Source of the DNA: an uncultured Dehalococcoidia bacterium
Lineage (GTDB): Bacteria > Chloroflexota > Dehalococcoidia > Lucifugimonadales > UBA3495
Direction: 5' to 3'
NCBI GenBank assembly: GCA_950072105.1
Contig: CATMOE010000009.1
Span: 1 to 64,000 of the forward strand
DNA: 64,000 nt
This document shows positions 40,537-50,924 of the stretch, piece by piece; within the stretch, counting starts at the first letter, position 1; every line of letters starts with the position of its first letter. Made by a program: the position numbers and the translations under genes. The notes beneath the pieces were generated by a model. It ran no database searches. It saw nothing but the letters and a program-made list of their open reading frames with translations, and was not told the DNA's origin.

Positions 40537-41391
40537 GTGGCGAGGTTAGGCATGGCTCTGCCGTTTCGAAAGCGTCCCGGTGTCGCTGTCGTGGAGATTC
40601 ACGGAGTTATCGGCAATCAGATTAGAACACCCGTTTACGAGCGGTTGTTCGACGGTATCGCCCAGAGCAAACGCTACCGGGCTTTGCTGTTGGATATCGA
40701 TTCTCCGGGAGGCTCGGCTTCCGGATCGGAAGTCCTACACCACAGCTTGTTAAAGGTGGCCGAGACCAAGCCCATCGTGGCCTATGTGAGGGGTATCGGA
40801 GCGTCGGGCGCCTATTACCTGTGTTCCGCCGCCAGCCGGGTGGTCGCCCTGCCCAGCGCCATGGTCGGTTCCATCGGCGTCATCTACCTGCGCCCAATCC
40901 TGGAACAACTGCTGGGCAAGGTAGGCGTGGAGTTTTCGGTGTTTAAAGAGGGCCGCCTTAAGGACATGACCGGATTCTGGCGCAGTCCGACATCGGAAGA
41001 AGAAGGGAAGTTCCAAGGACTCCTTACCGAGATATACGACAATTTCGTGGCGGTGGTGGCGGAGGGCAGATCGTTGGAGGAATCGGCGGTCCGGGAACTG
41101 GCCACTGGCGAGATATTTACCGCTACCCAAGGCAAGGAACTCGGCTTGGTGGACGATTTCGGTGGGTTCGCCGAGGCCCTGGAAACAGCGGCCCAGTTGG
41201 GCAACGCCCGTCCTAGGCCACTCTGGGTGCGCCCGAGGCGGCCTCTATCCGCTAGACTGTTCGGCCGGATGGGCGCCCAACAACCGGGCATCTCTCTGCT
41301 AGCCAACCAGTTCCAACGCCTGATGGGTGGGGGCTTTTACTACCTAGAACCGTCCTACCTGATGGGCGATTACCTGGGAGAATCGGATTAG
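40537..41391 (+). CDS. sppA: Signal peptide peptidase SppA (36K type, S49)
   Basis: IDSPGGS, KPIVA, ASGAYY, GSIGV, G.LKD and V.EGR...ATGEIFT...GLVD motifs. Confidence 0.9.
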   Translation: MARLGMALPFRKRPGVAVVEIHGVIGNQIRTPVYERLFDGIAQSKRYRALLLDIDSPGGSASGSEVLHHSLLKVAETKPIVAYVRGIGASGAYYLCSAASRVVALPSAMVGSIGVIYLRPILEQLLGKVGVEFSVFKEGRLKDMTGFWRSPTSEEEGKFQGLLTEIYDNFVAVVAEGRSLEESAVRELATGEIFTATQGKELGLVDDFGGFAEALETAAQLGNARPRPLWVRPRRPLSARLFGRMGAQQPGISLLANQFQRLMGGGFYYLEPSYLMGDYLGESD

Positions 41392-41484
41392 ATCCGTCGT
41401 TGCAGCGATGCAACATGGCGAAATACGGGGGGATTCCAATAAAGGGACGTTCGGTCTGAGGTAGAAATCAGATCCTATGAGGAG

Positions 41485-41706
41485 CTATGCATAGCTCCTC
41501 GTTTCCAGATAGTCCTCGTCCTGTTCGTCGGGCACTGGCAAGCTAACTTGTGTGCGCAACCGGGAGATCCACCGGCCCGTAGCCGATGATACAACCCCGC
41601 CAATAATCAGCGGTAGACGCCAGACCCATCCCAAGATTAACAGGAAAGAAACCGCGATCAGCATGAGAATAATTATTCCGCCCAATTGCCAGTCATGTGA
41701 AACCAT
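41485..41706 (-). CDS. Small hypothetical membrane protein or remnant
   Basis: Two hydrophobic segments and GGGAG upstream; no family recognised. Confidence 0.3.
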   Translation of the reverse strand: MVSHDWQLGGIIILMLIAVSFLLILGWVWRLPLIIGGVVSSATGRWISRLRTQVSLPVPDEQDEDYLETRSYA

Positions 41707-42016
41707 ACTTACTCCCAGGGTCTTAGGCTCAGAGAATACAACGATAGCTGCTCTTTATGGAACCATTCGACCATAAAATAGAGACCAAAGCATGTAGGCT
41801 GGCACCTAAGTCATTGGGGCGGAAACGAAACCCGGGGGTCGGGGGTTAAGTTTGGAAGTATCGAGGACATCTGGCGGCGAGCACATCCGAAAACACCAAC
41901 CAGATACAGAACAGAAGATGGAGTGACGACAATGGCGGCGGCGGCGGCTCAGTCACGCAGTGACGTAAGCCGGATTTTGATGAGTTTGGACTGCTGAAAA
42001 CGGCGAACATCGCCCT

Positions 42017-42820
42017 CTAACCGCCCTCCAATCCCTTGGCTTCTTGCCACAACGACTCTTTCTCCATCAAAGGCAGGCCGTTGAAGTCCTGGCCGCGTTG
42101 GTCCGCCAGTTCCTCCATCTGAAGATATCGGCCCTGGAAGCGCCGGTTGGCCTGGCGCAGAGCATCCTCGGCGTGGATGTTCATCCACCGGGACAGGTTG
42201 ACCATGGTGAACATCAGATCGCCCAACTCATGCGCCTTCTCTTCCTCGATGACCGCCCGGCGCAGCTCTTCCACCTCTTCAGCCACCTTGTCCAGCACCC
42301 CGGAGATGTCTTCCCACTCGAAGCCGGCCCGGCCCACCCGGTCCTGCATCAACTGGGCGTAGGTCAGAGCGGGAAGCTCACCGGGGATGCCTTCCACCGG
42401 CGACCTTCGTCCGCCTTCCTGAGCTCGCTCAGCCGCCTTTAGTTGTTCCCAGTTGGCCTCGACCTCCTTAGCATCGGAGGCCGACCCGTCGCTGAACACG
42501 TGGGGATGGCGGCGTATCAACTTCTCGTTTATATGGGTCAACACGTCGGTCAGAGAGAACTCCCCCGCTTCACTTGCGATCACGGAGTGAAATGCCACCT
42601 GCAGCAATAGGTCTCCCAACTCTTCCGACAGACCCTTTGGGTCGCCTTGGTCGATGGCTTCCAAAACCTCGTAACACTCTTCCAGCAGCGTCCGCTTCAG
42701 GGACTCATGGGTTTGCTCCCGGTCCCAGGGACAGCCCCCCGGCGCATGGAGCGTTTCCACGATGTCCATAAACGTTTGGAAGCTGCCCAGGTCGCCTTGA
42801 GGAATCCGTTTGTTGCTCAT
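42017..42820 (-). CDS. mazG: Nucleoside triphosphate pyrophosphohydrolase MazG
   Basis: GCPWDREQTHESL, EELGDLLLQV, KLIRRHPHVF and a second ELGDL motif. Confidence 0.95.
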   Translation of the reverse strand: MSNKRIPQGDLGSFQTFMDIVETLHAPGGCPWDREQTHESLKRTLLEECYEVLEAIDQGDPKGLSEELGDLLLQVAFHSVIASEAGEFSLTDVLTHINEKLIRRHPHVFSDGSASDAKEVEANWEQLKAAERAQEGGRRSPVEGIPGELPALTYAQLMQDRVGRAGFEWEDISGVLDKVAEEVEELRRAVIEEEKAHELGDLMFTMVNLSRWMNIHAEDALRQANRRFQGRYLQMEELADQRGQDFNGLPLMEKESLWQEAKGLEGG

Positions 42821-42898
42821 GGACGAATTATAGGCGTGGGCGGCGTTGCTTCACAAGGCAACGGGTGATACCTTTAGGATCACCGATCAGGAGCTAGA

Positions 42899-43609
42899 AT
42901 GAACCGGGTAGCCTGGGTCCCAGCCTTTCTTTTCGCCATAGCCATGCCCCTGTTTCTGGTCACCGCCAGCGTAGCCTGGGCATTTAACGACCCCGGCGTC
43001 TACAGCCGGGGTTTCGAGAAGTACCGCATCTCCCTAACCACGGGCATCACCGAGGAGGATCTGCGCCACGTAGCCGGACAGATCAGGCACTACTTTAACT
43101 CCACAGATGAGCCTCTGCTGGTGAAAACCCAGGTCTACGGGGAGGAACGGGAGCTTTTCAACCCGCGGGAGGTCCAGCACATGCGCGACGTAAAGCGGCT
43201 GGTGTGGTGGGTCTACGCCGCCGCCGCCGTGTCGTGCATCTACTTGCTGTCGGCTACGTCCTGGGGATTCATCGTAAATGGTCGAGGATTCCTCGGGTTG
43301 CTCGCCCAAAGGGTTATCCGGGGGGTGGCTCTGATGGGAATCTTGGTGGTTGTCGCAGGGATCTTCGCCTCGGCCGGGTTCGACACACTATTCTTGAAAT
43401 TTCACCAGTTGGCTTTCGCCAACGACCTCTGGCAACTGGACCCGCGCCGGGATTACCTGGTCATCATATTCCCTCAGGGGTTTTGGTTAGACGCCACCAT
43501 GAGAGTCGTTGCTTTGACAGTGGCCGGAGCAGTGGCGCTAACGCTGGCTTCCGGGGGGTACTTACTATGGAGCCGCCGCGCGGGGAAAGGAAGCGTGGAA
43601 GTAGTCTGA
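42899..43609 (+). CDS. DUF1461/TIGR01906 membrane protein (Lit lipoprotein transacylase-like)
   Basis: RE..HMRDVK, FD.LF..FH..AF.ND.W..DP..D and FP..F motifs; four TM segments. Confidence 0.82.
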   Translation: MNRVAWVPAFLFAIAMPLFLVTASVAWAFNDPGVYSRGFEKYRISLTTGITEEDLRHVAGQIRHYFNSTDEPLLVKTQVYGEERELFNPREVQHMRDVKRLVWWVYAAAAVSCIYLLSATSWGFIVNGRGFLGLLAQRVIRGVALMGILVVVAGIFASAGFDTLFLKFHQLAFANDLWQLDPRRDYLVIIFPQGFWLDATMRVVALTVAGAVALTLASGGYLLWSRRAGKGSVEVV

Positions 43610-43711
43610 TAGGCGATTGCCAGAGGAGAAAGGCGCGCCGCCCCAGGTAGGAATCATCGTCGGGGCGGCGACTTTAAAGATCGGTGATTTTAGGTGATAC
43701 CAGATTCCCGG

Positions 43712-43939
43712 TTAATGACCGCAGCCGCAACCACCGCCGCAGCATCCCCCACCGCCCATCGGCGGTAGTGGGCTGAATCCGGTGTCGCCGGACTCGCTCC
43801 CCGAAACAGCGGCGAAAACGGAGATGATCCGCTTGGCTGGCTGTTCGCAGTTGGGGCAGTCGGCGCCGACAGAACTCATGGACTGTAATTTGTCGAACTT
43901 GTTGTTACAGGTCGGGCAGTGGTATTCGTATAACGGCAT
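43712..43939 (-). CDS. FmdB-family zinc-ribbon protein
   Basis: MPLYEYHCPTC...CPNC...RIIS with a Gly/Cys-rich tail. Confidence 0.9.
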   Translation of the reverse strand: MPLYEYHCPTCNNKFDKLQSMSSVGADCPNCEQPAKRIISVFAAVSGSESGDTGFSPLPPMGGGGCCGGGCGCGH

Positions 43940-44189
43940 ACCGGGACCTTCCTTGATTAGAGTTGCCAAATCGAGTTCGGTAGCCTAAATTTACCCGACA
44001 TGGACCAATATCGTCAAGTAAAGGGTCCGTGCCATCGTGATTTATATTGACGCTCGGCCTTCCCGCCAAGACCGGGATTCAAGAATCGTTCGCAACATCA
44101 CAATCCCGGACACTCGCGTACACAACTTGCGGAACTTTGAAAGTCGTTTCCGGATAGACGTCCTGTTTCTCCCGGCCTATCCTATCTTC

Positions 44190-45332
44190 ATGAAATCAAT
44201 TGAAGCGGCTCCCATAATCGATGAACAAACTTGCTGGCAGGCAGTCCTGGAACGGGACCGGCGGAGCGACGGCAAGTTCGTCTACGCTGTCAGGTCCACC
44301 GGAATATTCTGCCGTCCTTCCTGTCCTAGCCGAAAGCCTCGCCGGGAGCAAGTTTCGTTTTATCCGGACCCCGCCACCGCCCAACAACAGGGGTACCGCC
44401 CATGCAAGCGATGCCGCCCGCAGGAAGAATCGGGCGAAGACCCTGATTCCAAGTTGGTGGGATCGGCATGTGAGTATTTGGCGGCTGACAACCCAGACTC
44501 GATCGGCTTGGAACAGGTAGCAGCCCAGGTTGGCGCAACTCCAGCTCGATTGCGCCGGGCATTCAAAAACGTGACCGGCTTGGGTTTCAAGCAGTTTACC
44601 GATGCCCGGCGATTGGACCAATTTAAGATTCGGTTGAGGCAAGGGCAGGACGTGACCGGGGCATTGTACGACGCGGGATACGGCTCCACCAGCCGTCTTT
44701 ACGAAAAGGCGCCGTCCCAGATGGGGATGACACCGGCCACCTACCGCAAGGGCGGTCAAGGCGTCCAAGTAGCCTACACTATCTCGGAGTGCTCCCTGGG
44801 CAGAGTTTTAGTGGCGGCCACTGACCGGGGTATCTGCGCTATCCACCTGGGGGACGATGCCAACTCCCTGGAATCGGGGCTGGCAATGGAATATCCCAAT
44901 GCCCAGTTGGAACGAGTCGACGGACCGCTTCAAGAGTGGGTGGACGGGGTGCTTGCCCGGATAGACGGCCATCCCACCGGCCAGGCGCTGCCCCTGGACG
45001 TGAGGGCTACCGCCTTTCAACGCCGGGTATGGCAACACCTGACGACGATTCCCCGAGGCGAAACCCGGACCTACGGCCAGGTAGCCCAGGACTTGGGAGA
45101 ACCAAAATCCGCCCGCGCCGTGGCCCGAGCCTGCGCCGCCAACCCTGTGGCCCTGGTGGTGCCCTGCCACCGGGTGGTCCGGCAAGACGGCGGACTGGGC
45201 GGTTATCGTTGGGGTCTGGAACGGAAGGCCGCCCTTCTTGAAAGGGAAAGCTTCAACAGCGAGCCTCTGCAAGATGAAGATCCCGCAGCCGGCACTCCGG
45301 CCTCCTCTGCTTCCTTCCCTTTATCTTCATAA
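44190..45332 (+). CDS. ada: Bifunctional transcriptional activator / O6-methylguanine-DNA methyltransferase Ada
   Basis: TGIFCRPSC...PCKRC Zn site, AraC HTH and active-site VPCHRV. Confidence 0.95.
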   Translation: MKSIEAAPIIDEQTCWQAVLERDRRSDGKFVYAVRSTGIFCRPSCPSRKPRREQVSFYPDPATAQQQGYRPCKRCRPQEESGEDPDSKLVGSACEYLAADNPDSIGLEQVAAQVGATPARLRRAFKNVTGLGFKQFTDARRLDQFKIRLRQGQDVTGALYDAGYGSTSRLYEKAPSQMGMTPATYRKGGQGVQVAYTISECSLGRVLVAATDRGICAIHLGDDANSLESGLAMEYPNAQLERVDGPLQEWVDGVLARIDGHPTGQALPLDVRATAFQRRVWQHLTTIPRGETRTYGQVAQDLGEPKSARAVARACAANPVALVVPCHRVVRQDGGLGGYRWGLERKAALLERESFNSEPLQDEDPAAGTPASSASFPLSS

Positions 45333-45770
45333 AGAAACGGACCGCAAGAAACGGACAGCTTCACTGTCCTTCTCGTAGTTCGCCGCTGACGCTCAGGATT
45401 TGTCACGCCCCGATCAATGCCACCCTTGCCAGCAGGCCAAATCCATTTCAAGCCGAGGTTGCTGGAAACCCACGTCTTAACGCGGGTTTCAGCTAACTTG
45501 CCACCTCGCCGCAATCTTCCGGCCACCGTCTATTGTGGAAACGAGTCGACCATCCCTCAGATTTGAGAGATGCCATTCCTGATACCCACTATTCCGTCCA
45601 ATCTTCGAATAATCATGCGGTATCTGTATCATAGTTATCGATAAACCCTCGAATATATTCACCTACAGCAGGTCACATTGACTCTTCCTAGGGCATCTGC
45701 TAGACTGGGCCGCCGAATAAGCGCCTACACCAGACTGACTCCGCCGACAAGCACTATGGAGGTTCTCTTG

Positions 45771-47756
45771 ATGGGTAATCACTGGTTAAGTCCTAAAATT
45801 TTAATCTACGTATCGCTCCTGTTACTTCTGTCACTCGCCGTGGCCTGCGGAGGAACCTCCGCGGAGCCTCAGATTATTGAAAGAGAAGTGATTGTGGAGA
45901 AAGAGGTCATCAAGGAGGTACCTGTAGAAAAGCAGGTAATCGTGCGGGAGGAGGTCATTAGGGAAATCATCAAAGAGGTCCCGGTAGAGAAAGAAGTAAT
46001 AAGGGAAGTTATTAGGGAAGTTATCAAAGAGGTCCCGGTGGAAATCGTGGTGGAGAGGATGATAGTACCCACCGCGCAACCTATAGTAAAAGCGGGATCT
46101 CTGGCAGGATTTCCTAAAGCCGGAGAGAACGGCGTTCCGAAGTCGGTGGGCAAGCTCACCATGGCGACGGATAGCTGGGGAGGCAGTGACCTCAACCCGT
46201 GGCAGCTCTCGGGCACGACCTTTCTACAAGACCTGTTCAACCTTTCTATCATGCGGCAGGCCCCCAACGGGGACATAGCCGCCTATTGGGCCGAAACCTT
46301 TGAGCAGGACGAAGAGGGAATCACTTTTAAGCTCAACCCCAAGGCCAAGTTCCAAGACGGCAGCCCCGCCGATGCGCAAGCGCTTTATGACAATTTCCAG
46401 GCCATCGGGTGGGACTGGAAAAAGTACGGCTACGAAAACCCCAGTTGGACCAGTGGCCGGACCAAGACCAATATAGAGTCCATGGAAGTTATCAGTCCCA
46501 CGGAGCTCCGCATCACGACCAAGGGCCCCAAGCCCATATTTATGTGGGAACTGGGTGGCAACGGCTACCATGGATGGTGGGCCGGAAACCCGGCGACTCT
46601 CAAGAAAGGGCAAGAAGAATACCTCAAAGACCCCCTGGGAGGCGGCCCCTTCAGTATAGCCGAATGGGATCCGGGAACTCGGATCGTCTTGGACCGGTGG
46701 GACGACTTCTGGGCTGATTACGAGTGGTACCACGCGCCCCAGTACGAACAGTTAGAGCTGCTGACCGTGCCGGACCACGCCGCCCGCTTTGCTCTCTTGA
46801 AGAGCGAGCAGGCCGACATGGTCTACAACGTCCCGTGGCCCGTCGCAAAGGGCCTGGTCCGTTCTGAGGATTTTAAGCGAGGGATAAATCCAGAGAAAGG
46901 AGACCTCTGGACCCAGACCTATCTGGCCAATGGAATGCTGGTACTGGATTTCAATCTAGCCTACCGGCTGAGGCAATCTAAGTATCCTGAGGGCCGGGTG
47001 GACAAAGGTGATGTTAAGATCAACTACTTCGCCTACCCGGAGGGGTTCGAAAAAGACCCCACTCTGGACAGCCGGGTACGGCAAGCGTTGAGCCTGGCCA
47101 TCGACAGGCAGGCGATCTCCAAGGGGCCCCACTTCGGAATGTCCTTCCCCATCGGGTCTATCTGGCACGCTGGCTCCTTCGGCGCCAGGGAGGAAGTAGT
47201 TTTCAACCCCTCTCCCTACAATCCTGAGAGAGCCAAGCAACTCCTGGCTGAAGCTGGGTACGCCGATGGCTTTGAGATTACCGGTCACTTCGGCCAGTTC
47301 GCCGGCCGGCCCGGCATTCCCGAGGCCGTTGACGCCATCTCCAGCTACTGGCAGGACATTGGAGTTAAGGTAACCTGGGAGGAGCACGACCCATCGGACT
47401 TCGTCAATGGTTTCCGGTTCAACAGACTTAAGTGGACGCAAGTGTCCCTCAGGACCTGGGGCCGTCAAGACAACAGCGGACGGGAAGCCGTTTTGTACCG
47501 GCCCTCGTCGGGATATACAGGGGTCACGACTCCAGATATTGTAGACCTGACCTTCGTCCTCCAGCGGACCACCGATGTTGAAGAACAGGAGCGGCTGCTC
47601 GCTGAGATAGAGGACAGGGTGTTGGCCCTGAACGAGACATTCCCCTTGTATGGAATGACTCTGGTGATGGGTTACACAGACCGGGTGCTGGCTCACCCCA
47701 CGGTGAAGTTCTCGCCCCACTTCAAGCACCTTGATCTGATCACGCTCCGGGACTAA
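45771..47756 (+). CDS. Family-5 ABC solute-binding lipoprotein
   Basis: Lipobox AVAC, long EV/KEV repeat linker, FQDGSP, GGGPF, RVRQALSLAIDR and YNPERAKQLLAEAGY motifs. Confidence 0.9.
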   Translation: MGNHWLSPKILIYVSLLLLLSLAVACGGTSAEPQIIEREVIVEKEVIKEVPVEKQVIVREEVIREIIKEVPVEKEVIREVIREVIKEVPVEIVVERMIVPTAQPIVKAGSLAGFPKAGENGVPKSVGKLTMATDSWGGSDLNPWQLSGTTFLQDLFNLSIMRQAPNGDIAAYWAETFEQDEEGITFKLNPKAKFQDGSPADAQALYDNFQAIGWDWKKYGYENPSWTSGRTKTNIESMEVISPTELRITTKGPKPIFMWELGGNGYHGWWAGNPATLKKGQEEYLKDPLGGGPFSIAEWDPGTRIVLDRWDDFWADYEWYHAPQYEQLELLTVPDHAARFALLKSEQADMVYNVPWPVAKGLVRSEDFKRGINPEKGDLWTQTYLANGMLVLDFNLAYRLRQSKYPEGRVDKGDVKINYFAYPEGFEKDPTLDSRVRQALSLAIDRQAISKGPHFGMSFPIGSIWHAGSFGAREEVVFNPSPYNPERAKQLLAEAGYADGFEITGHFGQFAGRPGIPEAVDAISSYWQDIGVKVTWEEHDPSDFVNGFRFNRLKWTQVSLRTWGRQDNSGREAVLYRPSSGYTGVTTPDIVDLTFVLQRTTDVEEQERLLAEIEDRVLALNETFPLYGMTLVMGYTDRVLAHPTVKFSPHFKHLDLITLRD

Positions 47757-47802
47757 TCTGAAACCGGTTCGACAGATTCAAACTCAGTTGGTGACATGGT
47801 GA

Positions 47803-47841
47803 ATCCACAGGGACGCCGGCGATGTTGGCGTCCCTGTGGAT
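47803..47841. terminator. Long hairpin between the SBP and permease genes
   Basis: atccacagggacgcc...ggcgtccctgtggat (15-bp perfect stem). Confidence 0.6.
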
Positions 47842-47917
47842 CGCCTTAATAGTGACGCCTATGAAATGCTTGATTCGTCATATGCTTATCTGACGTTATC
47901 GGGCGGGGGAGCTAAAG

Positions 47918-48853
47918 TTGGGCCGTTACATCATTACGAGAATACTACAGGGAGTAATCACGCTGTGGCTGATTAGCGTGGCTGTCTTCTTCATTCTGCG
48001 GCTAGGTGGCGGCAATCCCATCGACTACATGCTGCCCGAGGATGCGACCCCCGAAGATTATCAGTTGATGACCGAGTCTTATGGATTTGACAAGCCCATA
48101 ATCGAGCAGTACTGGATCTACAATCTAAATCTGATGCAGGGTGACCTGGGCAATGCCATGGCTTTTGACCGGCGGCCCACCGTGGAAGTAGTCTGGGAAC
48201 GGCTCCCCGCATCTCTACACCTGGGCGGTACGGCGCTGGTTATCGCCATAGTATTAGGAGTTACCGTTGGGGCGGTGTCGGCGTCCAAGCCCGATTCTCT
48301 CTTCGACCGCTTGGGCAAGATTCTAGCAATCTCCGCCCAGTCCATGCCCATTTTCTGGGTGGGCATTTTGCTGATTCTTCTGTTTAGCGTCTACCTCGGA
48401 TGGCTGCCCAGCGCTGGCGCAGTCGACGGTTTAGCGATTAAACGGTTGATATTGCCCGCAACGTCTCTGGGATTTTTCCTGATCGCATCGCACATGCGAA
48501 TAACCCGTTCCACCATGCTGGAAGTCCTAGAGTCGGACTACATCAAGATGGTCCGGGCCAAGGGCCTTCCGCCGCGCATGGTCCTCTGGAAGCACGCATT
48601 CAAGAACGCGTCCATACCCGTGTTCACCCTGTTCTTTGTAAATTTCGCCGGCCTCATCTCGGGCGCGGTGATAACCGAGACTATTTTTTCCTGGCCGGGA
48701 GTGGGACGTTTGCTGGTCGACTCCTTGATTCAGCGCGACTATCCGACGACTCAGGCGGTCATATTTTTCTCAGCCGCTTTTGTTTTGTGCGTAAACATTT
48801 TTGTTGACGTGATGTACGCCTGGCTCGACCCTCGCATACGAGTGGCCCGGTAA
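47918..48853 (+). CDS. ABC permease, DppB/OppB type
   Basis: GDLG, P.FW, TRSTMLEVLESDYIKMVRAKGL and LDPRIR motifs. Confidence 0.93.
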   Translation: MGRYIITRILQGVITLWLISVAVFFILRLGGGNPIDYMLPEDATPEDYQLMTESYGFDKPIIEQYWIYNLNLMQGDLGNAMAFDRRPTVEVVWERLPASLHLGGTALVIAIVLGVTVGAVSASKPDSLFDRLGKILAISAQSMPIFWVGILLILLFSVYLGWLPSAGAVDGLAIKRLILPATSLGFFLIASHMRITRSTMLEVLESDYIKMVRAKGLPPRMVLWKHAFKNASIPVFTLFFVNFAGLISGAVITETIFSWPGVGRLLVDSLIQRDYPTTQAVIFFSAAFVLCVNIFVDVMYAWLDPRIRVAR

Positions 48854-48871
48854 CCGAAGGGAGCTATTGCA

Positions 48872-49771
48872 ATGCTAAGAGGCGCCGACAACGAACTGAT
48901 TTTACGCCGGCCATGGAGGATCACAGCGGTTATACCGAAACCCGTGCGACGGGTTAACTCGGCGCTCCGTGGCGCTCCCAAGCTTTCCTTGCTCTTCATC
49001 GTGTTTGCCCTTTTATGCGCTGCCTTTGCTCCGGTCATAGCCCCTTACGACCCCATTAAAACCGATTTCTCGGCCATCCTTGAAACGCCGAGCTCCGCAC
49101 ATTGGATGGGGGCCGACAACCAAGGCCGGGATATCCTTAGCCGCACGATTTATGGAGCCCGTATCTCGGTGAGGATCGCGGTCATCGCGGTCTTCCTGGC
49201 GGCCAGTGTAGGTACCCTAGTTGCGCTCGTCGCCGGAGTGTTCAGGGGTTGGGTAGATACGGTCTTAATGCGCATCACCGACGGATTCATGGCGCTTCCC
49301 TACCTGATGGTGGCGCTCATGGTGGTTTCCCTGATGGGCGCCAGCATAACCAATGTGATCCTGGTGATCGGGCTCTTGCGTTGGATGGGATTCGCCCGCG
49401 TGATAAGGGGCGAGGTGCTTCGATTGATGGAGTCGGATTTCGTGCGCCTGGCTAGGGTCGCGGGAGCCAGCCGTTCCCGTATCATGTTCCGGCACATCTT
49501 TCCCAACGTAATCAACACTTTGCTGGTTCTGTTAACGCTGGAGATAGGCCTGGCGGTAATCACCGAGTCGTCTCTTAGCTTCTTGGGGCTGGGAGTCCCA
49601 AGGCCCGAACCTTCCTGGGGCAGCATGCTCCGTGACGCCCAGCAGTACATCTACATCGCCTGGTGGTCGCCGGTGTTTGCCGGACTGGCCATAACCATGC
49701 TGGTTATGTCCTGCAATCTTGTAGGGGATTGGCTGCGGGACCGGACCGACCCTACCCGGCGGCAATTGTAA
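48872..49771 (+). CDS. ABC permease, DppC/OppC type
   Basis: HWMGADNQGRDILSR, ESSLSFLGLG and PSWGSML motifs. Confidence 0.93.
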   Translation: MLRGADNELILRRPWRITAVIPKPVRRVNSALRGAPKLSLLFIVFALLCAAFAPVIAPYDPIKTDFSAILETPSSAHWMGADNQGRDILSRTIYGARISVRIAVIAVFLAASVGTLVALVAGVFRGWVDTVLMRITDGFMALPYLMVALMVVSLMGASITNVILVIGLLRWMGFARVIRGEVLRLMESDFVRLARVAGASRSRIMFRHIFPNVINTLLVLLTLEIGLAVITESSLSFLGLGVPRPEPSWGSMLRDAQQYIYIAWWSPVFAGLAITMLVMSCNLVGDWLRDRTDPTRRQL

Positions 49772-49865
49772 AGATCCGGTTGGCCATTACTGGAGGGGAA
49801 ACCTACTCGTTTAAGGGCAGACTGAGAAGACTCAGTCTGCCCTTAACTACGTGGAAGACCAGATT

Positions 49866-50924
49866 CTAGGGGGCAGCTTCCGTCCCGCCGTCCTCGGTTT
49901 CCGGCTCGAATAGCCGTGCCGCGGGAAGCTCAGCGTGCTTGTCGATGCTACCGATATGGTCGGGGTATAGATGGCAGGCCACCGTACGGCCATCGGGCAG
50001 TTGGGTCAAAGACGGCGTAACTTCCATGCAAGTAGGCATCGCGTAGACGCAGCGCGGATGAAATGGGCAGCCGCTGGGCGTATCCATCGCACTGGGCACT
50101 TCTCCTATGATTGGTATCTGCCAGGGCGGGGTGCGATTCGGCGGCGTTGACGCCGCCACCAGAGAAGCGGCGTAGGGATGTGCCGGGTCGTCACAGATCT
50201 GCTGGGCGCTGCCCAACTCCACCAGCTTGCCCAAGTACATGACGCCGATGCGATGACTCATGTGTTCGACAGATGCCAGGTCGTGACTGATCAGGATAAA
50301 CGATATACCTCTTTGCTCTTGGAGGTCCTTCAGGAGATTGAGCACTTGCGACCGGATGGAGACGTCAAGATTTGATACAGGCTCGTCGAGGATGATCAGC
50401 GCCGGTTCCAGAGTCAGTGCTCTGGCGACTCCGATACGTTGCCTCTGACCACCACTGAACTCGTGGGGGAACTGGGTCTCGCTGGTTTCAGGCAAGCCAA
50501 CGGCTCTCAGGGCTTCTTGGACAAGTCTTTTTCTTTCACTTCTGCTGTACCCGTGAACCTCCAGAGGTTCCGCAATGATGTGACCCACGCGCATCCTGGG
50601 ATTTAACGCCCCGTAGGGGTCTTGTAATACTGCTTGAACCGATCTCCGATACTGCCGGATCTCCGCGCTGGATGCCTTATTCAAGGACTTTCCCTGAAAC
50701 AAAATATCGCCGGAAGTCGGATCCAAAAGTTTGAGAATGAGATTGGCCACGGTGGTTTTGCCGCAACCGGATTCACCCACCAGAGCAAACGTTTCTCCCT
50801 GGGACACTCCAAAGGAAATGTCGTCCACGGCCTTAACGTTCCCAATGGTACGGCCCACGATAACACCGGTCCTCACTGGGAAGTACTTGACCAGGTTTTG
50901 GACTTCAATGACTGTATTGTTCAT
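49866..50924 (-). CDS. Oligopeptide ABC ATPase (OppF/DppF type)
   Basis: GESGCGKT, FSGGQRQR, DEP, HPY and CPFHPRC motifs. Confidence 0.93.
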   Translation of the reverse strand: MNNTVIEVQNLVKYFPVRTGVIVGRTIGNVKAVDDISFGVSQGETFALVGESGCGKTTVANLILKLLDPTSGDILFQGKSLNKASSAEIRQYRRSVQAVLQDPYGALNPRMRVGHIIAEPLEVHGYSRSERKRLVQEALRAVGLPETSETQFPHEFSGGQRQRIGVARALTLEPALIILDEPVSNLDVSIRSQVLNLLKDLQEQRGISFILISHDLASVEHMSHRIGVMYLGKLVELGSAQQICDDPAHPYAASLVAASTPPNRTPPWQIPIIGEVPSAMDTPSGCPFHPRCVYAMPTCMEVTPSLTQLPDGRTVACHLYPDHIGSIDKHAELPAARLFEPETEDGGTEAAP

